Below, one piece after another: positions 25,923-37,632 of a stretch of 64,000 bases of DNA. Origin of the DNA: Octopus sinensis (Eukaryota). A program made the translations under genes and the position numbers. The first letter of the stretch is position 1. Each line of letters starts with the position of its first letter. Location of the stretch: the NCBI RefSeq assembly GCF_006345805.1, contig NC_043003.1:97526001-97590000 (forward strand). Direction: 5' to 3'. Below the pieces are notes generated by a model, which searched no databases, was not told the DNA's origin, and was given only the letters and a program-made list of their open reading frames with translations.

Positions 25923-26303
25923 TAAATAGAAACAAATGTTTAGCACCAAACAGTGTGAGATCACCTAACTTCTGATTCTACAATATAAAACTTCATTTTA
26001 AAGTGTTTATATTTAAATTATAAACACTCTATACAATCTTATGATTATAGAGAACTATTTTTATGTTTCATTCCAAATGAAAAAGTTAATTATTTTACTA
26101 AATCTCTCCAAATTCAGGATTATTTTCAAAATTAATTGACATGCAGATTGACAAAATACTTAAAAAGAAATTTGATGAGGAAAGAACTAATCCTTTAGCA
26201 TTCAAATTACTCTGTCAAAGACAATGCTTATTTATTCATACTGCTTTGAATTAATCAAGCATTGTCTTGTAGCTTTGAGATTGATGTGATAGTAGCATAG
26301 GTG

Positions 26304-26429
26304 TATTTTGGTTGAGTCAGTCTCTTGTCACCTTGAAATGTTTGCCTGTAGGGTGCACAGAGCCTTCACACAAGTTATGACACCTACAGGCAAAACTCAG
26401 AGAAGCAAGAGATTGACTCAACCAAAATA
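26304..26429. repeat. ~126-bp two-stem foldback, copy 1
   Basis: 24-bp outer arms with 1 mismatch; 12-bp inner arms. Confidence 0.85.
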
Positions 26430-26976
26430 AAATACATTATTAATCTTTACTATGATATTGAGTACTCTTTTCTCTGAAAGTCAACACTAAACATTATATA
26501 TATATAATTGGATCGTATGACATAATCATAGTCGTTAACGTTTCAAGTTTGATAATAGAGTTTTTTATAAGAAAAATTATTATTTTATTTATTTCTTAAA
26601 AAAAAAATATTGTTTAAATATATTTGCTTATTTATTTAACTATTTTCTTTAACCTGAAGATTGACTATAACCATAATTCGAATTATTAATTGAATTTAAA
26701 TTATTGTAATTCGAATAACGGGCATGAAACGTACGTAGTGGTTTTACTTTTTATCTTATATTAAACTTTTTAATACTTTTTGCTAGTTATATATATTTAA
26801 TAAAAAAATTTTGTTAAATTATAAATATAAATTAATAATTTTAATTTTAAATTTAAATAATTTAAATTTTTTAATTTTATATATTTTGTATATTATATTA
26901 ATTATTTTTATTTTTATATTTTGGTTTATGTTTTTCACTGTTTGATTTGCCTAATAGTGGTTTTATCTCTAATTTA

Positions 26977-27027
<51 letters not shown>

Positions 27028-27562
27028 AAATAAGAAAATGGAGGAATAGATTTCTTTCAATCATCAACTACTAGATAATACTAATTCATATAATTTATTA
27101 ACGAATTATTTAGGGACATCCAGATCAAATAGAATAATACAGAATAAAACAGTACACATTAATAAGTAAGATAATACCATAAGAACAATACATATAAATA
27201 TAAAATGGATCTTACAGCTGTTTCAGCCTGTAGATAAGAGTATCTCATTATGCTCATATTAGTCAGATGTATTGAGGTAATATGCAGTTATAAATGAGTT
27301 ACTTATATAAATATTTCAAGGCCTCATCTATATATATATAATCAGACCATACCAGGGAAAAAAATCACTGTATCCTTGTAAAATTATTACTACTTCTTGT
27401 TACAGCCATCTTCAACTATGAAAGGCAATAGTCAACATCAAAAGTATTTGAGACTGCCAATGAAAAGAGATTAAATAATGTACAGCAATGCTTTAGATTC
27501 TTTATCAGACATTTATGAAAAGTTCAAGAAATTAAAACAAATTGTAAAGATTTTTTTTTTAC

Positions 27563-27731
27563 CAATTACTTCTTTCCTTCTTATAACGGGATCAAACTTT
27601 TGGGCATAAAGATCAGATTCTTTAATTTCATAGCCCTTCTCCTTAAAGACACTGATTGCATAATTCTTCAGAGTTGCATTCAAAGATTTTGGCTCTTCAT
27701 GAGCAAAAACGACAAGCACACGTTTCAGCAT
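27563..27731 (-). CDS. NQO1/NQO2: NQO1/NQO2-family quinone reductase, coding exon 1 (MLKRVLVVFAHEEPKSLNATLK...RRKEVI)
   Basis: Matches the NQO N-terminus (VLxVxAHxEPKSxN, SDLYAxKFDP). ATG at 27731 has an in-frame TGA just upstream. Acceptor ttttttag at 27743; phase-1 donor G|gtaaa at 27562. Confidence 0.93.
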
Positions 27732-27932
27732 CTTTCAGTTGTCTAAAAAAGCAGAAATCCTGAAAATGAAAAGAAACTATATTAAGAACATGTATTCATT
27801 TTGCAAGATTCTTGATCAGAACTCGTGTGTTGAAACAAATATCATTGTATTTAGGGATGGTCATGTTGCCAATTTAGCCAATGAAAACATGCACTATTTA
27901 TTTGATGTTCCCTTGCTTCAGCTTTTTTTCAT

Positions 27933-28141
27933 ACTCTTTTACTTGTTTCAGCATTTGACTATGGCCATGCTGGAGCACCACCTTTAGTTGAGCAAATCGA
28001 CCCCAGGACTTATTCTTTGTAAGCCTAGTACTTATTCTATCAGTCTCTTTTGCTAAACCGCTAAATTACGGAGGGGTGTAAACACACCAGCATCGGTTGT
28101 CAAGTGATGTAGGGGGGGAACAAACACAGACACACAAACAT

Positions 28142-28174
<33 letters not shown>

Positions 28175-28340
28175 CATATAAACGACAGGCTTCTTTCAAT
28201 TTCTATCTACCAAATTCACTCATATGGCTCTGGTTGGCCCAAGGCTATAGTAGAAGACACTTGCCCAAGGTGCCATGCAGTGGGACTGAACCCAGAACCA
28301 TGTGGTTGGTAAGCAAGCTACTTACCACACAGCCACTCCT
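27933..28340 (-). mobile_element. SINE family A in the left arm of the palindrome
   Basis: Match to the other copies; TTTCAT on both flanks. Confidence 0.9.
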
Positions 28341-28613
28341 ATTTCATCACGCTTCTGTGACCTCATCAGTGGTCCTTTACTTTCTTCTTTCTTTTTTGTG
28401 TCTCTCCTTCCTAACAATCTGCAGTTTTGTTTTCCTGTTGTGTATGTCTTTATTAGTGCATACATATATCTCTGAGTGTGTGGGAATGTATAAGGTACCC
28501 ACATTATCAGTATCCCCTGTTTATTTACGTTTATTTTATTTTATTTGTTTGTTTTTATCTACTTACTTTTTTCTTTTTTGTGTTAATTTATTGTATTTTG
28601 TTTATGTATTTAA

Positions 28614-29011
28614 CTAGCAGTATCGCCCGGCATTGCTTGGGTTTGTAAGGGAAATAACTATAAAAGCATTTTTAGAGAGTTATAGCCAAAAAATAGCAAA
28701 CAAATGCATTAAAAATGGAAAAAAAATTATGGTAATTTTTTTTAAAAATCGTTGACTCATCGTAGACATTTTTAGAGAGTTACTTCCCTTATATAATAGC
28801 GAAAAAATGCATTAAAATGGAAAAAAATGATGGTAAATTTTTTTTTAAATCGAAGACTCATTGTAGACGCGCGCTAATACCCAGAAGGGCTCGATATGAA
28901 TCACGACTATAAGATACCCGGTTTTCATTAAACTGCACCGCAAAATGTGGGAGTAGTTAGGAATCTAAATCGTAGGAGACAGACACACAACCTTACTTTT
29001 ATATATAAAGA
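28614..29011 (-). mobile_element. Complete non-autonomous Helitron (398 bp)
   Basis: On the minus strand A|TC...hairpin...CTAG|T with no TSD; removing it restores the palindrome arm. Confidence 0.92.
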
Positions 29012-29189
29012 TTACTTAATTCCATTTATTTATCTATCTGTTGTATTAATTTCATATGAAATTAATACAACAGATAGATAAATAAATGGAATTAAGTAAT
29101 TAAATACATAAACAATATATAATAAATTAATATAAAAAAGAAAAAGTAAGTAGATAAAAACAAATAAATAAAATAAAATGAATCTGAAT

Positions 29190-29580
29190 AGGCGCAGGAG
29201 TGGCTGTGCGGTAAGTAGCTTGCTTACAAACCACATGGTTCAGGGTTCAGTCCCACTGCGCAGCACCTTGGGCAAGTGTCTTCTTCTATAGGCTCGGGCC
29301 AACCAAAGCCTAGTGAGTGCATTTGGTAAACGGAAACTGAAAGAAGCCCGTCGTATATATATGTATGTATGTGTGTGTATATGTTTGTGTGTCTCTGTTT
29401 GTCCCCTCAGCATTGCTTGACAACCGATGGTGGTGTGTTTACGTCTCCGCAACAGAGACCAATAGAATAAGTACTAGGCTTACAAAAGAATAAGTCCTCA
29501 GGTTGATTTGCTCGACTAAAGGCAGTGCTCCAGTACAGCCACAGTCACATAACTGAAACAAGTAAAAGAGTAAAAGAGTA
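29190..29580 (+). mobile_element. SINE family A in the right arm of the palindrome
   Basis: Full-length match. Confidence 0.9.
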
Positions 29581-30002
29581 AGCGTAAACAGTAAACAGGG
29601 GATACTGATAATGCAGGTACGATACACATTCCCATACACACACTTACCAAACATAGACACACAGGGATATATGAATGTGCAAATAAAGACACATACAACT
29701 GGAACACAGAAGTGCAGATTGTTAGGAAGGAGAGACACAAAAAAGAAAGAAGAAAGCAAAGGACCACTGATGAGGTCACAGAAGTGTAACAAAAGAACTC
29801 TGGCTGAAATATAATTAATATGAAATAAAGCTGAGCAACTGAACACCAAATAAATAGTGTGTGTGTTTTCATTGGCTAAATTGACAACATGACCATCCAC
29901 AAATACAACAATATTAAGAATAATTTTTATTAAAAAGTTATGAAAATATATTTAGGAGACTTTATTAGGAAGCTATACCTATCCTTTTCCCAAAGGCATT
30001 AA

Positions 30003-30224
30003 CTCTCTCTTTTACTTGTTTCAGTCATTTGACTGCGGCCATGCTGGAGCACCGCCTTTAGTCGAGCAAATCGACCCTGGGACTTATTCTTTGTAAGCCC
30101 AGTACTTATTCTATCGGTCTCTTTTGCCGAACTGCTAAGTGACAGGGACGTAAACACACCAGCATCGGTTGTCAAGCAATGCTAGAGGGACAAACACAGA
30201 CACACAAACATATGCACACACACT

Positions 30225-30258
<34 letters not shown>

Positions 30259-30424
30259 TACGACAGGCTTCTTTCAGTTTCCGTCTACCAAATCCACTCA
30301 CAAGGCATTGGTCGGCCCGGGGCTATAGCAGAAGACACTTGCCCAAGATGCCACGCAGTGGGACTGAACCCGGAACCATGTGGTTGGTTAGCAAGCTACT
30401 TACCACACAGCCACTCCTGCGCCT
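30003..30424 (-). mobile_element. SINE family A
   Basis: Full-length match. Confidence 0.9.
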
Positions 30425-30559
30425 ATTAACTTAGTAAATACAGTGCAAGTAAGGCTGTTTGGTATCCAGTGTTTTTTTTTTGCTTTTTTTTTATTAGAGA
30501 AAAAAAGATTCATGATTAAAAACGCTTTTTTAAATGACTATTGAGCTACAGACTGACTG

Positions 30560-30950
30560 GACTCAAACCATGGCTCTTATTTTCCTGTGCGATCACCTTT
30601 TCTCCTTCCTCTTTAATCCTAGCTGGTGACTAGAGGGTGAAGGTATCTTCTCAACCAATATGCTACTGGATGATGAACTCTGGTGATGGTGTAATTCCAT
30701 ACTTTCTAATCCATGGCACTGGCTTAGAATGCTTGAGGTCAAAACACTATGACTTTAGACCTTCCACAATTTGTTTCACCTTTGTCTTCTATTGAGTGCT
30801 GCACTGGATTCTCCACTGCATGGTTTACTGCTGCCACAAAAGTTGGTGTGGAAAAGACGGATTTTGGTCCTTAGGGAGAGATCGTCTTACCTGTCATATC
30901 ACATATGGGTGTAACCAGGATTTCAACCAGGGAAAGTTTCCAATTATTAA
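30560..30950 (-). mobile_element. Old RTE-like LINE remnant
   Basis: SLRTKIRLFHT motif with a decayed downstream frame. Confidence 0.45.
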
Positions 30951-31087
30951 AATGAATCCACCATTAGCCATTTGGTCAAAAAAAAAAAAAAAAAAGCCAA
31001 TCAACTGTAGGTTGAGGTATTATCCAAATTTGTTGACACTCACTCTGCTTCTCCAGAGGTTCTCATGATGTGTTTGTAGTATAGGTG

Positions 31088-31219
31088 TATTTTGGTCAAG
31101 CCAGTTTCTTGGTTTCTTGTTAGTCTGAGTTTTGCCTGTGGGATGCACAAGATCTTCAGGCTAATTACAGCACCCACAAGCAAAACTCAGAGTAGCAAGA
31201 GACTGACTCAACAAAAATA
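31088..31219. repeat. Foldback, copy 2
   Basis: Homologous to copy 1; inner arms 18/19 complementary. Confidence 0.8.
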
Positions 31220-32205
31220 AAATATATTATTAATCACTGCTATTAATCTGTTCTAGGTTGCAGACATGCAATACTGAGTGGCAAAATAGATATATCATCC
31301 ACTTGAATACTAAATAATTGATTAGGTTTCTATGTCATCACTCTGAAATTACAATTGACCAAAGAACTAAACCAGTAAAAAAAAGGTAAAGTTATCTTCT
31401 TGAGTCATACCAGGTTATAAGGGATAGTTTCCTGGTTTCACGTCATATATATTACCTCACCTGGATTGGACACCAGGCCATTGCAGGATTACTCATTCTT
31501 ACCAGCTGAGTGGACTGGAGAAACATGAAATGAAGTGTTTTGCTCAAGAATACAATGCACTGCCTGGTCCAGGAATCGAAACTGTGATCTTACAATCATA
31601 TGTCCAACACCCTAACCACTAAGCCATGCATCTACACAACAACCAGTAAACACTCACCATCTGAGCATTTAAGGCAGCTGGTTCATTCAGAAAAAATCTT
31701 TCTGGCTGAGAACAAAATCATTTTTAGGAAAGTAGTTGAATTCACAGGCCAGATCTCACTAATGTAGAATAGTACACAAAAAATACATGGCTAAAAAGTA
31801 TTTTATTGAATGGCACAAGTAATTTCGAGGACAGTGGGGTGTCACCCCCAAATCTGAAATTGACATCTCTTCAAACAATCAAATTTTCAAATCGAGTTTT
31901 CCAGCATGACCCAAATCTAAACAGGTTTGAATGCTATAAAGCATATGTACCATATACAATTCTTTGACAACTTTTATTTCTTTTACATCACAAGTGACAC
32001 ATCGAAATGCCAGTCAATGCTGGTTCCTTACCCAGAAGCATTGTTTAAAAAAGCAGATTGCTAACTCATACCAGTCATTCAGCTGGCTGCCTGCATATTA
32101 AAAGTTTATTTGTTCAGAGATGATCTAGACTTACATGAGAGCATTTTTACCCAAGACAAACCAGGGTTTTGTTTTTCTATTTTCCCTTTTGGTTTCATCA
32201 ATAAT

Positions 32206-32825
32206 TCTCTTTTATTCTCTTTTACTTGCTTCAGTCATTTGACTGCGGCCATGCTGAAGCACCACCTTTTAGTCGAATAAATCGACCCCAGGACTTATTC
32301 TTTTGTAAGCCTAGTACTTATTCTATCGGTCTCCTTTGCTAAACCGCTAAGTTACGGGGACGTAAACACACCAGCATCGGTTGTCAAGCGATGTTGGGGG
32401 GACAAACACAGACACACAAATATATACTCTTTTTTACTCTTTTTACTTGTTTCAGTCATTTGACTGTGGCCATGCTGGAGCACCGCCTTTAATCGAGCAA
32501 CTCGATCCCGGGACTTATTCTTTTGTAAGCCCAGTACTTATTCTATCGATCTCTTTTGCCGAACCACTAAGTTAGACTTAGACACACCAGCAATGTTGGG
32601 GGGACAAACACAGACACACAAACGTCACACACACAAATATATATATACATCTACATATATATGATGGGCTTCTTTGAGTTACCATCTACCAAATCCACTC
32701 ACAAGGCTTTGGTTGGCCTGAGGCTATAGTAGAAGGCACTTGCCCAACGTGCCACGCAGTGGGATTGAACCCAGAACCATATGGTTGGTAAGCAAGCTAC
32801 TTACCACACAGCCACTCCTGCACCA
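32206..32825 (-). mobile_element. SINE family A, 3' half plus an adjacent full copy
   Basis: Two tandem tails, at 32206 and 32426. Confidence 0.85.
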
Positions 32826-33943
32826 CCAGCATCCCACACACAGCCTATCATATGCAATGAGTTTTGGTTAAGGCAGATACAGAGTTGGCTCATACAGGGA
32901 GATATCAAAGTGTCAGTACATTTCATTAGGAAAAAAAATCCGTTTAAATGAGACACAATTCGAATTTGTGCCAAGCCATACAGCATATCCTGTATATAAT
33001 AAAAAGTGAGGTGTGTGTGCACACAAATGTATGTATATGTATGTACACTTTTCACAACATCAGTAATAAAAGCAGCACATTTGCATATTTTTATAAGCTA
33101 AAACAAAAATAGAAAAAAATAAACAGAAGATAGAACATGGACAAAGAAAATATACATACAGAAGAGACAGTCTATATCATCAAGTATGAATTTCTATACA
33201 AGAAAAATATCTTAAACTCCAGTGAGACTTAAGATCAAAACCTCTTCAGCCACACCCATCCTAGCTGAGATCCTTATCCATAACGTATAAGTTCTTTATT
33301 TTCTAAGATGATTTTTTAGTGATACTGTTACCAGCTTAAACTTGAGGGAAATTAGGATATTATTTGTACCACATTGAGGCTTTGGCTTGTTATACAGGCA
33401 TATCTAAGTAGTTGTGATTGTGGAGGAAGAAAGGTTGTCTACAAAACCTAATTCTTTTAATGTTTTTTTTTCTTTTTTATAAATTGTACCACATTTACCT
33501 GCTTAGCATGTCAATTGAAACCATCTTAAAAAAAAAAAAGACTGCGATAAACAAATAAGAAAATTATAGAAAAACCGGTTGGCTGGTGTGAATGCCTTGA
33601 GGGTATGAGACCATTAGGAAAAATACTAAGCAACCAGTAATCCCATTATGAAGGACATTTGTTTTCTGCAGTATAAAACACGTGAGAGAATAGGTCAATA
33701 ACCAAACCTCTACATTGTTACTTAGCATGCTAGAAAGAATAGCCATATCTCACTCGAATCACACATTCTACTATCCTAAACAAAATTGATATACTGGATA
33801 ATATAATCTTAGATACACTATACCTAAAAGAGAGGGAGAGAAAAGGTAGGATGGCCTTCGTTTAAATGTTTTTAACTGTAGTATGACTGCTTGATCAGAA
33901 CCAAATTGGTGCTAAGCAACACGCAAAGGAGAGAGAGAGAGAC

Positions 33944-33979
<36 letters not shown>

Positions 33980-34668
33980 TGCATGCACATACACACATGC
34001 ACTAAATGACAGTGAAGAAAACTGCTGAACACCTGCACCAACACTCACCAAATACTGGCCCACAGCCAAACTTGTTTCTCTCCGTTTCTTCTGCTTTTTT
34101 CTATACAATGGATAGTTTAGCAGGTGCTGGTAAGCCAGATGACTGTGCAAAGCTCTACTCTCAGCTTTGGTATGGTTTCTACAGTTGGATGCCCTTCTAA
34201 TGCCAACCACTTTAAAGAGTGTAGTGGTTGCTTTTTATGTGGCACCAGCACCAGTGAGTTCACCTAAGTAACTTGCAAGAAAAGACCCCTCAACTGAGCA
34301 AGGGGAGTAGCAATGAGAGAGATGACTTTGTGCTAGTTGATGAGTATGAATAGAAGAACAGAAACAAGTGTCTTGCAGGAGAGGAGACACATGGCTACTC
34401 CAGTTGAAAAGAGAGAGAGAGAGAGAGGAGAAAAGGAAAAAGATGGTGAAGCAGATGTGTCGAGGTGTACTCTCAAGTTACAAAGATGTTTACAGAGAAG
34501 TGGATAGGGTGTATGGATAGGAAAGTTCACAAAAGTTCAAAAAGGGTTTGGGATATGGAGGGGAGGAGAATGCAGTGTGTAAAAACAGGTGGAAAGAGGG
34601 GACATTAAGAAATTATGTTATAGGGACAGAACAAGTAAAAGAAAAAAAAAATTAGATAAAAAAAAACT

Positions 34669-35077
34669 AGGCGCAGGAGTGGCTGTGTGGTAAGTAGCTT
34701 GCTAACCAACCACATGGTTCCGGGTTCAGTCCCACTGCGTGGCATCTTGGGCAAGTGTCTTCTGCTATAGCCTCGGGCCGACCAATGCCTTGTGAGTGGA
34801 TTTGGTAGACGGAAACTGAAAGAAGCCTGTCGTATATATGTATATATATATGTATGTGTGTGTATGTTTGTGTGTCTGTGTTTGTCCCCCTAGCATTGCT
34901 TGACAACCGATGCAGGTGTGTTTACATCCCTGTCACTTAGTGGTTCAGCAAAAGAGACCGATAGAATAAGTACTGGGCTTACAAAGAATAAGTCCTGGGG
35001 TCGATTTGCTCGACTAAAGGCGGTGCCCCAGCATGGCTGCAGTCAAATGACTGAAACAAGTAAAAGAGTAAAGAGTA
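34669..35077 (+). mobile_element. SINE family A
   Basis: Full-length match. Confidence 0.92.
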
Positions 35078-35470
35078 ATATATTAAAATAATATAACAAT
35101 ATACTGCAAGGGATGGTACATATTGGTTTCAAATTTTGACACAAGCCTAACAAGGAACAATAATATACAACAAATAAATAATAGAGTGAGTAAACTATGG
35201 AAATCTTATATAATTGTTACAAGAAACAATGCAAATTCACCATTATTGACTTCCACTGCTAAAAATTGGCAACATATTTGAAGCTATTATAATGGCTTGA
35301 CAATGTCATCAGGTGATCGCAATGGATTATTTCTGCATTACCATTATCTCACTATATATACAATGAAAAATTTGGTGAAACCATAAAACATGAAAATGCA
35401 AGGATATTCTAAGCTGTCTGTTATGAAACAAAGTTAATTATAATGAATAGACAAAGGATGATAGAGTTTT

Positions 35471-35702
35471 GGCAGGTGAGCTGGCAGAATCGTTAGCACG
35501 TTGGGCAAAATGCTTAGCAGTATTTCATCTGCCGCTACATTCTGAGTTCAAATTCTGCCGAGGTTGACTTTGCCGTTCATCCTTTCGGGGTCAATTAAAT
35601 AAGTACCAGTTACGCACTGGGGTCGATATAATCGACTTAATCCGTTTGTCTGTCCTTGTTTGTCCCCTCTGTGTGGTGCCCCTTGTGGGTAGTAAAGAAA
35701 TA
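35471..35702 (+). mobile_element. SINE family B
   Basis: Reverse complement of 14697-14928. Confidence 0.88.
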
Positions 35703-36335
35703 GGTAGAGTTTTGGTGTCCTGAGCTTCACACAGCCATAATTGTCGGGAAAAAAAAAACTATTTTCTGAAGTACCAAACGTATTTGAAACTGAGATAGTG
35801 AATTAGTAGAGCCATTAGAGCATTAGTACTTGTTTGAATTGTCTGTGCCCAGAGTTCGAATCCTGCCTAGGTTAACTTCATATTTTATCCTTTTGTGCTC
35901 AATAAAACAAAATACCAATCCAGGGCAGTGGACTGGCAGAAATGTGAGAGATTTAGGAAAGATGCCTTGTGGTATCTGCTGCAGTTCTTTGCACTCTGAC
36001 AGAATAGACTTTAGCAACACTAGTGAAAGCTGTATTGGCCCAAGTCACAAGTATTTCCCTGGAATGGACACAGGCAGGATAAAGTGGTGTGACTTGCATG
36101 TATGGACAACAGCCAATATTCTTAAACATAACCATGCCTGTTGATAAAGCTTTAACAAATGGTAAAACATGGTACTATATCCTTATCTGTACATCATAGA
36201 AAAGAGAATGGCACTATCAAATGCTTTTGAAAAGCAATAAGTGAAGCAGTTCAAGGATTATCAGTGCTTAGAACTAACACATTATAGCTTTCAATCATGT
36301 TTGTAAATAGAATGATTCTTATAAAATCCACCCAT

Positions 36336-36900
36336 AGGTGAAGGAGTGGCTGTGTGATAAGTAGCTTGCTTACGAACCACATGGTTCCAGGTTTGGTCCC
36401 ACTGCATGGCACCTTGGGCAAAGTCTCTTCTACTATAGCCTCAGGCCAACCAAAGCCTTGTGAGTGGATTTGGTAGACAGAAACTGAAAGAAGCCCGTCG
36501 TATATATGTGTATGTGTATACACTTGCGTCAGAAATTAATTAGCACTTCTCAAATTTCTACATTGAATAGGTTAAATCAATTAACCTATGAGCTGTTCAA
36601 AACGTCTTACGCGATGAGAAAACTTAGTATGGTGTGATTTCGGTCCTTGCGAGGCGCTACCTATATCTATTAAACAAAGGAAGATTTGTCTGCATCCGCA
36701 CTCCAAGTTGTTGTTGCACTGCTATGTCAACATCATAAGGCTGTAGACTCTCAAACTGCTCTGCAAACAAAGTTACGACATCGTTCTGCGCAACAGTGAA
36801 CTCGCAACAAAGCAATAGTTCGAGATATGGCCACTAGGTGACAGCACATACCTTGAGTGAAGAGCAAATCAAGGGTGCTAATTAATTTCTGACGGTAGTG

Positions 36901-36947
<47 letters not shown>

Positions 36948-37161
36948 GTTTGTGTGTCTGTGTTTGTCCCTCCTACATCGCTTGACAACCGATGCTGGTG
37001 TGTTTATGTTCTCATAACTTAGTGGTTCGGCAAAAGGGACCGATAGAATAAGTACTAGGCATACAAAGAATAAGACCTGGGGTCGATTTGCTCGACTAAA
37101 GGCGGTACTCTAGCATGGTCACAGTCAAATGACTGAAACAAGTAAAAGAGTAAAAAGAGAG
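36336..37161 (+). mobile_element. SINE family A split by a Tc1-type MITE
   Basis: 5' half ends at 36520; 3' half resumes at 36901. Confidence 0.88.
36521..36900. mobile_element. Tc1/mariner-type MITE (380 bp) inserted into a SINE
   Basis: TIR CACT..CGTCAGAAATTAATTAGCAC; TA on both sides. Confidence 0.88.
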
Positions 37162-37413
37162 TATGTTGTAAAGTGTGCAAGATTTGTGTTTTAATCATTC
37201 CTAACCAAAGGCATGGTGAGGTTAGGATCAGGTGAGGTTATATCTAGGGTTTGTAACTGGATAATGAAGTAGAATACTTTAAATTACTCAAGATTGTACC
37301 TGCACCGTGGAGAGGTAAACCTTGTTGAACGATGATCGTGTCAACCGAATAAAACAAGGTAAACAACTCAAGATAACGAATTTTGAAATTGGTTGACAAT
37401 TCAGAGTATAGAG

Positions 37414-37632
37414 CAGTGGTTTTCAACCAGGGTTCCGCGGGACCTTAGTGTTCCGCCAGTACAGTCCAGGGGTTCCGCAAGAAGTTACAAAACGGCTAAA
37501 ATCGGCAGTAATTTTTAATTCTCCTGTGCAGATATGTGTGCATAAGACTGTTAAATTATTGCACAGGGGTTCCTCGAGCCAGTGGAATGTTTCCTTGGGA
37601 TTCCTCTCCAGCAAAAAGTTTGAAAAGCACTG
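37414..37632. mobile_element. hAT MITE (219 bp)
   Basis: TIR CAGTGSTTTTCAA; perfect 8-bp TSD GTATAGAG at 37406-13 and 37633-40. Confidence 0.92.

Larger units (their letters stand above)
27838..29915. repeat. Spacer-less inverted duplication centred at 29055/29056
   Basis: Perfect 88-bp palindromic core at 29012-29099; the arms align outward once two SINEs and a Helitron are removed. Confidence 0.9.

Noticed and set aside
28340-28375. CTGATGA-stem-GAAA on the minus strand, resembling a hammerhead
   Set aside because: The GAAA is created by the SINE junction and is absent in the mirror arm (~29765-29800); no stem III or cleavage triplet.
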